Assembly: GCA_043228905.1 (NCBI GenBank) | Contig: JBHGNT010000015.1 | Coordinates: 13,392,001 to 13,456,000, forward strand | Direction of reading: 5' to 3' | Origin: Azolla caroliniana | Taxonomy: Eukaryota > Plantae > Polypodiophyta | DNA: 64,000 bases | In this document: positions 1-10,810 of the stretch, piece after piece | Layout: each line of letters begins with the position of its first letter | Position numbering within the stretch: position 1 is the stretch's first letter | Made by a program: the position numbers and the translations under genes | Notes under the pieces: model-generated | What the model saw: only the letters and a program-made list of their open reading frames with translations | Told to the model about the DNA's origin: nothing | Databases searched by the model: none

Positions 1-94
1 GTCATAGTTCAGCTTCTTTAGTGCTTTTGCCCTCCGTAGTGATTTCTTGAGCTTCTTCACGGCTTTGGTATGCTCCGGTTTCCATTCGAACTTC

Positions 95-2354
95 TTACCC
101 TTCCGCAACAAGTGATAGAGTGGGTCCGGAATATGTGCATAGTGCGGAATCCATATGTGATAGAATGCACATGCTCCAAGAAACCTTCGAACTTCGGATT
201 GTGACTCGCATACTTCTTTCATAGCTTGAATCGCATTGATCTTGGTTGGTGACGGTCTTCGGACGTAGGGCCCACATAGATGTCCGACTACCAATATTTC
301 TTCTTGTCCGAATGCCGATTTCTCACCAGAAAGTGTTAGGTGCACATCTTCTAACTTCCAAAGCACTTTCTCACAATCACGAATATGGTCGACTACGAAC
401 TTTCGGCATCCCTAATCATCCATACTTTCATCTTTTTCTTCTACCGTGCATCCTTTCATCGGAATGTCATCTAGGAACGGCATCGTTATCTCTGGAATGC
501 AGTCTCGAAGCACCTTGTTCATTGCATTCATCATATGTGCGACCTAGTTCGTCACGCCTTGTGGTAGCATACACATTCGTACTAATCCTATCGGTGTCCG
601 CATGGTAGTGATGTCTCGGCTCTCCACGGCTAGTTGAAATTGGTCATACCCCGAGTATAGGTCTTCGATGGAGTATATCGCACGACCGGCAAATGCTTCT
701 GCAAATTCGTCCACTATCGGACCGACTCTAGAGTTCCGGATCGTGACCTTGTTCACCGGTTGCAAGTCTTGGATAATTCGGAGTGACCCATTCTTCTTCG
801 GAACCGTAAACCATCGATTTGAGTACAGAGCGTTTGATGGCTCTAGAATCCCCATCGCCACCTTCTCCTTGAGCAAGTCGATGACTTTCGGAATATGCGC
901 CTGTGGCACCAGAATCGGCTTCAGGTTCCACTACACATGGTCAATCGTGAAGATCACCATCGGCTCCACTATCTTCGGATCAACGCACCCTATCTCCTTC
1001 GATGTGAATGCAAATGCTTTCCCATGTTGTTCCAACATCCCACAGAATCGTTCTTCATTTTGTAAAAGGAAACCACCTCCACCGATTCGAAGTTTCTTCC
1101 AGGTCTCATCCATGAAGGCATGTCCGATATCCACAGACTTCCAAAGTGTCAGATCTCCCGAGACTTCTTTCTTCTTTTGCTCACTATCGGCAGGTAATGG
1201 TCCCGCAGTCGGTTTCACTTTCTTCTCCACGGTCTTGTATTTCGTACTTACAATTGCTTCTTCTTTGCGGAGCGCATCCGGCCCCATTTTCGCAATGATC
1301 TCGTACATCTCGGCCAATTCCACCGGGACTACCCAGCCTCCTTGGCTTTTATCCTCCACAAGCTCTTCAAGCCGTTGTAGCGTGCCCCCATAGAACACTT
1401 CTTCGACTACCCCCACGATTTCTTTGTCTTCTTTTATTATTGATGCCGACCGCAACTTATCCTCTACTTTTCGGTATTCTTTCTTCTTTCCTCCGGTTAC
1501 GGCCGTGTACGTAGATGCCCCATCCGGACCAATTCGCACTTGTTTTGCTCCGAGAGTTTTCTTCTTGTGTGGGGTATCAGGGCTTCTCGGACTATCACTT
1601 CCCCACTCCGCAACAGTCCGCTCTAAAAATCCATCCTTGTTTGGGACAAGAGCTCTCTCTTGTTCCTTTCATGATTTGCCGGCACAGTTAGGAATTGGAT
1701 GGATTTCCCTCCGCTTTGGCTCCGAATTCATGCGAAAGCCGCACCACTATCGAGCACCTTTGTCTCCATCCGTGAAGCCGTGATAAAGGGTTGCCCAAGG
1801 ATCACGGAATGTGAGACCTCATCTTGTACGAAGAAATTTTGGTCGATCTCGACATCCCTGATCTTCATCGTCACATCCAGACAAGCCGCAAATAGATCTT
1901 TCGTTGCTTTAGTGGTTGCCCGGATCTTCCATCCATGGTTAGTGTTTATAGGCCACTTCCCCTTCCGGTAGAACTCCTTGGACATCAAATTGATCTCCGA
2001 TCCGTGATCAATCAATGCTAGCACGAGCTCTTTGATATTGTCGATTCGGACCGGAGTCTCCGTAGTTGCACGTGCCCAGTGTGGCCTTGTGTAGCAGGAG
2101 TTCGGTATTTCGTCCTCCACTTCGGTGTCATTCATTAAGACGGTATTTGCATTCACCCTTAGAGCATTTTCCTCCGTACTTTGTCTTTTTCTCTTCACGA
2201 GATCCACAAGAAGATCGTGGAACTCCTTCTTCGCTATTCCGAGTAATTCCCAAAGCGAAAATTCTACCCGACTATCGAGGATTCTCTCTTCAAACACCTT
2301 TTTCAAGTCCGTTTGTTGTTTGATGTCCGAGACGAGCTTGAATCCCGGAATCAT
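95..2354 (-). pseudogene. pol: Degenerate pol (aspartic protease and reverse transcriptase) of the host gypsy element
   Basis: ORF pieces 1728-2354, 931-1539 and 544-909 separated by stops/frameshifts; protease and RT motifs present. Confidence 0.85.
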
Positions 2355-2370
2355 CTTTTCTTTTCCCTTC

Positions 2371-2825
2371 TGTTACGGGCATGACCATATAATATCCCGT
2401 GGTAAGAATTTACCGTAGTAATCTATACACGTGAATAAGTGTGAGGGTTAAATGAGAGTGTAAAGAAGGGGAGGATTACTTTTAATCCTCGGGATTGAGA
2501 CAACCCATTAGGTCAAGTGTGAACTTGCCTGGGGGCCTTGGGTATCGCTATAAATAAGAGGTCTAGCTACCCTCATTTGATCATCTTTTGACTACATCGA
2601 GACTCTGCTCGTGTGGTGGGTCAACTCTTGTAGCGAGTGCGCCAGCACCAGGTACGACTCGACGCCACGGCGGTGGTATGGGACGCCGATCGAGGCTCGA
2701 GTCCGTCTCGATCCCTTCGCTCGGGGGTGGTCGGGTGGATCGGCACCCTTCTTTCTCTTTCTCCTTTCTATCTATCTTTTCATTATCCTTATCTTAAGCT
2801 TACTTTAGTACTTAGATCTATAATA
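2371..2825 (+). repeat. 5' LTR of chromovirus copy 1
   Basis: Starts TGTTACGGG, ends CTATAATA, TATAAATA near 2548, followed by tRNA-Met PBS. Confidence 0.95.
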
Positions 2826-3069
2826 TTTGGTATCAGATTTTTGTACTAATGTTTCTTTGTTTTTCATTTGTCTTTTGATTGATGCTGATCGATCGTTGTG
2901 CGGTTGGCCTTGATCCAGACAACGATCAACAAAGAACTTCGGTAACTCTTTCCAGAATTTTTCTTTCTATTCTCTCTTCTCCCATCTAATCATGTGTTTA
3001 GTTTATATGTAATTTTTTTCATTAAGTCAATGATGTTGTAGTGGTCTTTAATTGATTATCTAAAACGTT

Positions 3070-3335
3070 TACATATGTGCACGAGGTCAATACCTCGTTT
3101 GACATGTTAATAATATGTGATGAGTGTCGTATGCGTACGAGGTTAATACCTCAATTACGTATTACGTTCACGAACATATGTTACGTTTGTGTATGAGTTT
3201 AATACCTTGATTTGTTGTAAACGATATGCGTTTGGTCTCGTATGCGTAAGAGGTCAATACCTCCATTGCGTATTACAATGATCTCTTATTTGTGGATGTT
3301 TCGTGTGCGTAGAGGTATATACCTCGATTACGTAT
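3070..3335 (+). repeat. Array of five palindromic GAGGT-N4-ACCTC units in the element leader
   Basis: Cores at 3083, 3139, 3195 (degenerate), 3250, 3312; periods 56, 56, 55, 62 bp. Confidence 0.85.
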
Positions 3336-4513
3336 CTTGATCACATCATTTGTGGCTATTTACTATAACGATATGTTGAATATAGGCATATGTGGTCACA
3401 TATATACGTATTTGATCGTATATATGTGATAAGTAAACATATGTGTATATTCGTTATTACGTGATTATATCGAAAGTTGTCATGATCGAGAAAAGGATGT
3501 TGGTGGCCGTCCTCACATTTTTGTGAGAATGGCGTTGTCACCATCCCTTTTTCAACATTTTTTTATTGTTGATAACCCCGTTGACGACCTCGATTTCGTT
3601 ACGTAAAGAAACGCCAATAGCCAAAATGATGTTGAGTACGTAGGGCTTGACCCACTTCAAGTGAGGTCGCTCCAATGACGCACGTATCCAACATCCCTCC
3701 CTCGTTACATGGATACGATGCCACCATGAGCTCGTTCTTACGAGAGGCATTCGTAATGACGTGACCATGTGATGGCCCATGTGAGCCTACTACGAAACAA
3801 GGGCTCATTTGGCTTGACCATTAGGTTGCACTTTGGCGTATGCCATCGTAATTACGAGACTTGAGGTTAGGTAACGTACCAACATAGTTTTGGTAAATGA
3901 GGGCGAAATAAGGACCCTTGACATATATGTTCTTTTAAAAAAACATATATGATCAATTGCCTCGCATATCTCTTATACACATCAAACATTAAGCATTCGA
4001 GAAGAGCAACTTACTTGGTTGGCTCAAGTGTTTAATGTATTTGTTCTCGAGGTCTCGAGTTCAAATATGTCCAAGACCATACAACATCCTTGATACATAT
4101 GACTATAACACATGTTTAGACTTAAGGTCTAAGTGCACCTCGGGGTCCTCGTAATAGGACTTAAAGAGCCGAAACCACTTATGTGGGCACCGAAACATAG
4201 TTTATTGTTAACATTTTTTTCGTGTATAAACTATTCATGACGCGAACATACATGGTTGAGCCTCAGGGAGCCACCATGAAAAAATCGATATAGAGATCAG
4301 GGAAAGACATTTATTTGTCACCCCCATGGTTTTTAAAACACCTTTGTGTTACCATAGTAACCTGATCTTGAACCTCATCTCATACGTCTAGAGGGGTATT
4401 GACGTGAGATAATGATATCGATTAATGCTCGCCCATGATATGTTTACATCACGACATGATGTTATGACTATATCTCTGACCTTATCCTATTTCTTTTCCA
4501 GAAATAATCTTTA

Positions 4514-6118
4514 ATGGCTCAAATTAACGACCCGATGTCATCCGCTCAAGCGGAAGGAACTCAAGGGAATCCTTCTGGACAAATGTCCACTGAGATGTAT
4601 TTGGCACAAATAACCCAATACCTTAGTTTCACCGCTCAACAGATGACCGAACTTCGGCAATCTCAGAGTGCTCTTGAGGCACGTGTCATTAGTCTACAAC
4701 GTGAGACTAATAGACCTGATGAGCGACAAGGTGAACCATCATTTGTCGTTAAGCCATTTACGGGAGACAAAAAGGAAAGAACCAAAGAAGCAATCTGCAC
4801 ATGGCTGGGACGATGGGAGTCTCATTTTGAGCTCTATCCCACGCCAGATAGTACGAAGATTGCATATGTCGGCCGAGAACTCGGGGGTAAGGCCGCCGCC
4901 TGGTGGCGTGGGCTCCGTACTATGGGGAAATTGCCTGATACCTGGACAGATTTTGTCACGGTTTTTAAGGGCCAATTTCTGCAACCTCCCTCTCGAACCA
5001 AGGCAGCACAAGCTTTAATGAACCTCTCTAGCAGGAAATTTTCCTCGCTAGAAGACTATGTTCACCATGCTAGAACCCAAATCCAAAAATCGGGTCTAGA
5101 AGGGGACAATTGGTTGATAGCTTGTTTTGTCAATGGCATCCCCAATTCGGACTATCACTGGATAGTGCACGATAAGGATCCAAAATCCTTCGAAGAGGCT
5201 GTTGAAATAGTTCTTCGCTATCAACGCACTTCGAAGAAGGACCATAACAAACCCAACGAAGCGCCCGGGACTAAGCAGTCGCAATTTGTTGGGAAACGCA
5301 AGACACCCAACGAATTCCTGGATCGCGATTGTAAGCGACAACATCCTTTTTGTGTATTCTGCAAAAAGAAGGGTCATACAAAAGATCAATGTCGAAAGCT
5401 CCAACGGAAAGAGCACGACAACAAAGCTAAAGCTGCAGACCATAAAGGTCAGATTCCTAATGTCCTTCAGGTCTATACACATCATTTAAGTAATTGTCAA
5501 TGTTCTTTCCCTCACTATGTATTGGGTCCCAATGATTTACTACGTGCAAACGGGTATATCAATGGATCTCCCGTACAATTTTTATTTGATTCGGGAAGCT
5601 CACACAATTTTGTGAATGATCGTTTGGTTCAGATATGGGGAATCCAACCCACCGTAAGTGATCACACCTACACGGTGCACTTGGCTGATGGAAGAGTACA
5701 ATACATCAACGGGGCGATTCATTCATTAGGAATTTCTATTGATACTTATATAGAGGAAGTAGACTTCCATGTAATGAATCTTTGTATCACCGATGTAATA
5801 CTGGGTTATCCCTGGTTTTATAATAAAAACTCTTCTTTATTTATTGATTGGGTTCATCATTCCATTTCTTTTGTACTGAACGATTGTACGCATTTTATTC
5901 AATGTGTAAAAAAACAATCCCTCTCGATTGTTTCCTCGTGTCCATCAATATCCGAGTTGTCTTGTTCTACGTTATTTTATTGTGTACTTGATCCTTATAT
6001 GTCAAGGGTCCTTATTTCGCCCTCATTTACCAAAACTATGTTGGTACGTTACCTAACCTCAAGTCTCGTAATTACGATGGCATACGCCAAAGTGCAACCT
6101 AATGGTCAAGCCAAATGA
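4514..6118 (+). CDS. gag: Gag-protease of chromovirus copy 1; the C-terminal tail is read from the inverted filler
   Basis: 534-aa uninterrupted ORF; retrotransposon gag (PFTG, AAAWW), CVFCKKKGHTKDQC knuckle, LFDSGSSHNF protease. Confidence 0.9.
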   Translation: MAQINDPMSSAQAEGTQGNPSGQMSTEMYLAQITQYLSFTAQQMTELRQSQSALEARVISLQRETNRPDERQGEPSFVVKPFTGDKKERTKEAICTWLGRWESHFELYPTPDSTKIAYVGRELGGKAAAWWRGLRTMGKLPDTWTDFVTVFKGQFLQPPSRTKAAQALMNLSSRKFSSLEDYVHHARTQIQKSGLEGDNWLIACFVNGIPNSDYHWIVHDKDPKSFEEAVEIVLRYQRTSKKDHNKPNEAPGTKQSQFVGKRKTPNEFLDRDCKRQHPFCVFCKKKGHTKDQCRKLQRKEHDNKAKAADHKGQIPNVLQVYTHHLSNCQCSFPHYVLGPNDLLRANGYINGSPVQFLFDSGSSHNFVNDRLVQIWGIQPTVSDHTYTVHLADGRVQYINGAIHSLGISIDTYIEEVDFHVMNLCITDVILGYPWFYNKNSSLFIDWVHHSISFVLNDCTHFIQCVKKQSLSIVSSCPSISELSCSTLFYCVLDPYMSRVLISPSFTKTMLVRYLTSSLVITMAYAKVQPNGQAK

Positions 6119-6198
6119 GCCCTTGTTTCGTAGTAGGCTCACGTGGGCCATCACATGGTCACGTCATTACGAACGCCTCTCGTAAGAACGAGCTCATG
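5996..6198 (-). repeat. 203-bp inverted copy of leader segment 3725-3927, replacing RT-RNaseH-IN N-terminus
   Basis: Near-exact reverse complement of 3725-3927; the right junction has TCATG microhomology with the integrase sequence seen intact in copy 2. Confidence 0.93.
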
Positions 6199-7238
6199 AT
6201 GCCATCTGGGTTGTCGTTGATCGACTAACTAAAATGGCCAGATTTATTGCTACTAAAACCACGGTAACAGCTCCTGAATTGGCTTACCAATTCGTTGACG
6301 AATTGTTTCGTTTTTATGGGTTACCAATGGATATCGTGAGTGATCGAGATCCAAAGTTTACTAGTGACTTCTGGACACAAGTCTTTAAGAAGTTAGAAAC
6401 TACGTTGAGCATGAGCTCCACGGATCATCCTCAATCCGATGGACAGACAGAATGAGTAAATCAAATTATTGAGGACATGCTTCGAGCATACGTTGGTGCA
6501 AAACCAACAAAATGGGAACGTTATCTCCCAATTTTGGAGTTTGCTTATAACAGCTCCAAGCATACGTTGACGGGATATAGTCCTTTTATGTTGATGTATG
6601 GTTTTCAGCCACGAGCCCCGATTGATGTTAATATACATCATGATGAGTTGCGAAGTACGCAAAACTTTCTTCGGGATATGCAAGATATGTTGCATATTGC
6701 ACGAGATAATATAAAAACAGCTCAAGATAGAGCGCGTTTTTATGCCGATCATCATAGGCAACCTCGTGTATTCAACCTTGGACAGAAGGTATTTTTACGT
6801 GTACCTCACAATTCTAAGACATTGTCTACGGGTAAGTGCGCTAAGTTAGCCCCACGGTTTTGTGGACCTTTTACAGTCCTCAAACGCATTGGGTCATCAG
6901 CCTATCGTCTCGCTCTTCCCGATGGTGTCGGAATTCATCCAGTCTTTCATGTGAGTCGTCTAAAAGAACTTCTAGGTTCTGGCGACAATACAGTTACGAC
7001 TGAAACTCTGGTTACTTCTGAAGAATTATCTTCTAAACCACATGTACCAGAAAGAATTCTCGATGTTAAAACAAAAAAATTACGTACTAAAGAAATCCGA
7101 GAATTCAAAATAAAATGGATGGATAAATCAATAAAAGATGCCACATGGGAACGTGAAAATACTCTAAGAACTAACTTCCCTAACTTTCCATTGCAAGAGT
7201 GCAATGTTTTAAAGAGGGGGAGTATGTTACGGGCATGA
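6199..7238 (+). pseudogene. Integrase core/C-terminus and chromodomain, N-truncated, with internal stop at 6453
   Basis: AIWVVVDRLTK, IVSDRDPKF, HPQSDGQTE, GPF motif, PERILD...KIKW...DATWE chromodomain. Confidence 0.92.
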
Positions 7239-7679
7239 CCATATAATATCCCGTGGTAAGAATTTACCGTAGTAATCTATACACGTGGATAAGTGTGAGG
7301 GTTAAATGAGAGTGTAAAGAAGGGGAGGATTACTTTTAATCCTCGGGATTGAGACAACCCATTAGGTCAAGTGTGAACTTGCCTGGGGGCCTTGGGTATC
7401 GCTATAAATAAGAGGTCTAGCTACCCTCATTTGATCATCTTTTGACTACATCGAGACTCTGCTCGTGTGGTGGGTCAACTCTTGTAGCGAGTGCGCCAAC
7501 ACCAGGTACGACTCGACGCCACGGTGGTGGTATGGGACGCCGATCGAGGCTCGAGTCCGTCTCGATCCCTTCGCTCGGGGGTGGTCGGGTGGATCGGCAC
7601 CCTTCTTTCTCTTTCTCCTTTCTATCTATCTTTTCATTATCCTTATCTTAAGCTTACATTAGTACTATGATCTATAATA
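7225..7679 (+). repeat. 3' LTR of chromovirus copy 1
   Basis: Direct repeat of 2371-2825, preceded by PPT and followed by TSD CCTTC. Confidence 0.95.
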
Positions 7680-8055
7680 CCTTCCCTCCGAAGTTCCAAC
7701 TTTCCGGTGTCTTTGATGGTCCGGCCGCATCATCCGTGCGCCGTCGTTTTTCATCCACATACACTTCATGCAACTAACATAGCGCATGTACACTATTCTT
7801 ATCTATGGGGCACTCCCATCCCGTAGCTTCCCGAATACATTCCGCGGCGCTTCGGATTTCATCATGGTCGGCTTTCTTTAAAGTTTCTAGCACTTTCGAC
7901 CAAAAAGACGCCTTTGTTGCAGATGACTCCCCCACACGTATTCCTGTGGTTGTTGCATAATTGTTTTTCGCCGTGATCTCCTCCCCTAGGACCTTCTTCA
8001 TGCTGCCTTTTCGGAAGTTCGGTCGGAGTGGCTTCCGAGAATCCATCGAATGAAT

Positions 8056-9066
8056 CTAATTTCCCTCGAAGTAGATAAGATCCCGTCGTAACGCCTCCTT
8101 GTGCTCGTCGCAATCTCTCCAATCATGTTCGGTGCTATCGCACCATATGCATCGACGGTCCATGAACTTGGAACTTGTGGGACGATCTTCCGTCTTCTTC
8201 ACCATTGCGATTTTTAGATTCTCCATCTCCTTCAGCAATTGCTCCATCGTGGTTGCGTTGATTCCCTTCTCGGTCATAGTCTCCCGAGCCCGCGGTTGAT
8301 GGTCTTCCGATCCGGATCTCGGTGTCGGAATCGGTTCCGAAACCCTCTTTTCTTCGTTGGCAAGCCATTGCCCCCTCTTTGTGTATCGCGCGACGATATC
8401 CCGCACGCTTTCCCATGTTTCGGTGAGGCCACTCTCGGTAGTCGTGTCCTCTAGAAGCACTCCAAGATCCTTCCGGTCCCGGACGTCTACGGCTCGTAAG
8501 AACATGATAACTTTGTCCGGTGTGAGGATAGCTTGATCTCTCGCAAACAACCTCCCGAACCGACTTTCGAATGCCGAAAACATATCGATGACCTTCATCC
8601 CCTTGTCTAGCGTTTCCACCCAATCCTCGAATCCTCTCCACGTTGCCTTGGAGGAGTCCTCAATAGCGAACGTGGACTTTAGCGCCTCTTCAAATGCTTC
8701 CCACGTCGGATTTTGTTGTCGTAGCCCGTGGATACTTGCTTGAAGCCCGTCGGTAGCCACCCGGTTGAAGGATGTCAGTTGTAGTCCTTCCGAAATCCCG
8801 TACCGTATCATTTCCACCTTGTAGTCCTGAAGATAGCGTGATATGTCCTTTCCGTTGAATTGCCCGATCCATTGCACGAGCCACTCTACTGCCGCCGCTA
8901 TCTCCGACATCGCACGTTGTTCTTGAAGCATCCGCTCGAACATCATCATCATGTTGTTAGCCTCCGGTTGATTTTCCATCTCCTTGCCACCCGTGTTCAC
9001 GTCGGGTTCACCACTTGTGTCGTGCCTTTCGGCCCCAGATCGTTGCATGAGTCGGGTGGGAACCAC
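8056..9066 (-). CDS. gag: Gag (with zinc knuckle) of the host gypsy element
   Basis: 336-aa ORF, FNGKDISRYL and RCIWCDSTEHDWRDC motifs. Confidence 0.8.
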   Translation of the reverse strand: MVPTRLMQRSGAERHDTSGEPDVNTGGKEMENQPEANNMMMMFERMLQEQRAMSEIAAAVEWLVQWIGQFNGKDISRYLQDYKVEMIRYGISEGLQLTSFNRVATDGLQASIHGLRQQNPTWEAFEEALKSTFAIEDSSKATWRGFEDWVETLDKGMKVIDMFSAFESRFGRLFARDQAILTPDKVIMFLRAVDVRDRKDLGVLLEDTTTESGLTETWESVRDIVARYTKRGQWLANEEKRVSEPIPTPRSGSEDHQPRARETMTEKGINATTMEQLLKEMENLKIAMVKKTEDRPTSSKFMDRRCIWCDSTEHDWRDCDEHKEALRRDLIYFEGN

Positions 9067-9502
9067 CGAGGTTTTAGACTAGGAGAAAGAAGAATATGAG
9101 ATCATGTTAGTTAAGAAGAGATTGTAAGAAGAAGATATGAAACTCGTGAATCCCACGAGTATAATGTATTAATGGGTAATTAGATTGTAAGAGAGAATTA
9201 GATGGTAAAATCGTGAATCCCACGAATATTTTGTATTAATCAATCCTTCTAAAAAAAAAATCAACAACCCTATACACCTTTCTCTCTTCCTTATATAGTG
9301 TTGGAAGAGTCTAAGTTTATCACATGCAAGCATCATGCTTTTCCTAACTTTAGTTTTCATGCACATTGCATGTGCATGATTAGCTTTCTATCCCATCTTT
9401 TCTTTTAACTCGAGTGTGCATGCATGAATAACTTTTTGTACCATGCATATCTAGAATATTTACATGGGATAAAGTTTAGTATAATTTTAAAATTCATAAT
9501 AT

Positions 9503-9572
9503 GCTAGTATAGTGGTAAGGTTGGGGTTTGTCTACGTGGAGATACAAGGTTCGAATCTTGCCCTTTGCATGT
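9503..9572 (+). other. Degenerate tRNA-derived sequence (Pol III A and B boxes) inside the gypsy LTR
   Basis: TAGTATAGTGGTAAG (A box, tRNA-Asp-like D arm) and GGTTCGAATC (B box) at tRNA spacing; full cloverleaf not supported. Confidence 0.6.
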
Positions 9573-9672
9573 AATAAATATTTTTAATATTTTATTTTTA
9601 TTTATTATACGTACTCTAAATCGGATATAGTGTTTTACATATTTCACGTAGTGTGTGATTCACACTACGACA

Positions 9673-10810
9673 ACGCACCTAAGTAGTTTTCTTCTATGAG
9701 CAACATCGACTGCGAAAAACGAAGGCATATTCTCCCTTGTGCAAACCACCATTCAGAATGCTCCGAATTTCAACACCAACCCTCCGAGACAAACCTACAT
9801 CATTTCGTCCTCCTTGACGATCATGTTGACGGAGGCAAGGGAGTCGCAGATCTCCGTGATCTTGGAGGTGTTGTCAACCACTAACATATCTCGTTGTCGG
9901 ACATTGCTCAACTCCTGTTTGAATTGAAGCTTTCTGGTTGTGGTGCTCGCGGCGAAGATCTTCTTCAGATTTCCCCAAGCATCCTTCAGCGTCTTGGCAT
10001 CCCGGATATAGCTCAAAAGCTGATCACTCACACAAGATGCGAAGCAGTACAAGACTCTACTCGCCGCTTGTTCCCAGGCCCTTGGAAATCTCTGTGTGTC
10101 AACTCCGGTGTTGCATCCTTTGCTCCAACATAACTCTAGTAATCGTGCCCAAGCATGTACTGGTGCATCTTGTACGACCAAGATGTGTAGTTGCTCCTAT
10201 CGAGTTTTTCGGTCAAAAGCGAGCTTCCCATTCCTCTGTCCATGTTCCTATCTTTTCTTTTCCAAAAACGAGAAACCTTGACTTGCCTTGTTCGCTTGCT
10301 TTTCTGTCAGTTGTAGAGGATTTTCAACCTTTGCACTCTGATATCATGTAAAAATATTCCTGTGCGGAAGCGTGTGCGATAGACATCAAGTACACAATCA
10401 ATTGTTCGAAACTAGACAGTTAGGTAAACACAGAGAATAGATACATGGTGAGAGAGAGACAAAGAAAGCAGAAAACAATACTTCAATTTCAAATAATGAA
10501 CAGTCTGTACATACACCGTGCTCAGTGAGCACTTTTTATACAAGCCCTAACAAGTGGGCTGACACAAGTACCATTAGTACTTGAATGCTCGTAAATGAGC
10601 CTGACACTAATTCTGCCTATCATATTCTTATTTACTAAAACAGGAATATAGGCCTCCAATGGCCTACCAGAATCCCTCCGACTCGACATACTCGATTCGA
10701 TTCGGCTCTCGGCTTCTTCAGCCAATTCGGGCCTAGTCAATCGGTGTCCAACCAATTCGGCTCTCGACTTCTTCAGCTGATTCGGCCCATGTTGAGCTTG
10801 TCTCTCAACA
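9673..10810 (-). mobile_element. Ty1/copia 5' fragment (LTR 10347-10810, decayed PBS, gag), same family as the element at 61169
   Basis: gag RVLYCFASCV...LKKIFAASTT matches 61673-62575; LTR begins TGTTGAGAGACAAGCTC on the minus strand like 61169; PBS remnant CTCTGATATCA at 10336. Confidence 0.9.

Larger units (their letters stand above)
2371..7679 (+). mobile_element. Chromovirus (Ty3/gypsy) copy 1: LTR-PBS-leader-gag-PR-[RT/RH deleted]-partial IN-chromodomain-PPT-LTR
   Basis: 455-bp LTRs 2371-2825 and 7225-7679 with about 6 differences; 5-bp TSD CCTTC on both sides; PBS TGGTATCAGA at 2828; PPT AAAGAGGGGGAG at 7211. Confidence 0.97.
1..9672 (-). mobile_element. Ty3/gypsy LTR retrotransposon (5' LTR about 9123-9672, gag, protease, RT), interrupted by a nested element at 2371-7679 and running off the left edge
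   Basis: gag with CxxCxxxxHxxxxC knuckle (8056-9066), protease ALIDHGSEINLM (1728-2354), RT motifs WFTVPKKNGSLR, DLYSGYDQ, LPQG, FLDD; LTR-like segment bounded by TGT at 9123 and ACA at 9672 with minus-strand TATA near 9290; in-frame stops indicate decay. Confidence 0.9.

Noticed and set aside
2588-2849. Short ORFs recurring in all four LTRs
   Set aside because: Recurrence reflects LTR identity; non-ATG starts and no coding signal
3070-3335. CRISPR array
   Set aside because: Eukaryotic retroelement context, degenerate repeats, short spacers and no cas genes
9503-9572. Functional tRNA gene
   Set aside because: Acceptor and anticodon stems do not pair convincingly; only the A/B boxes are clear
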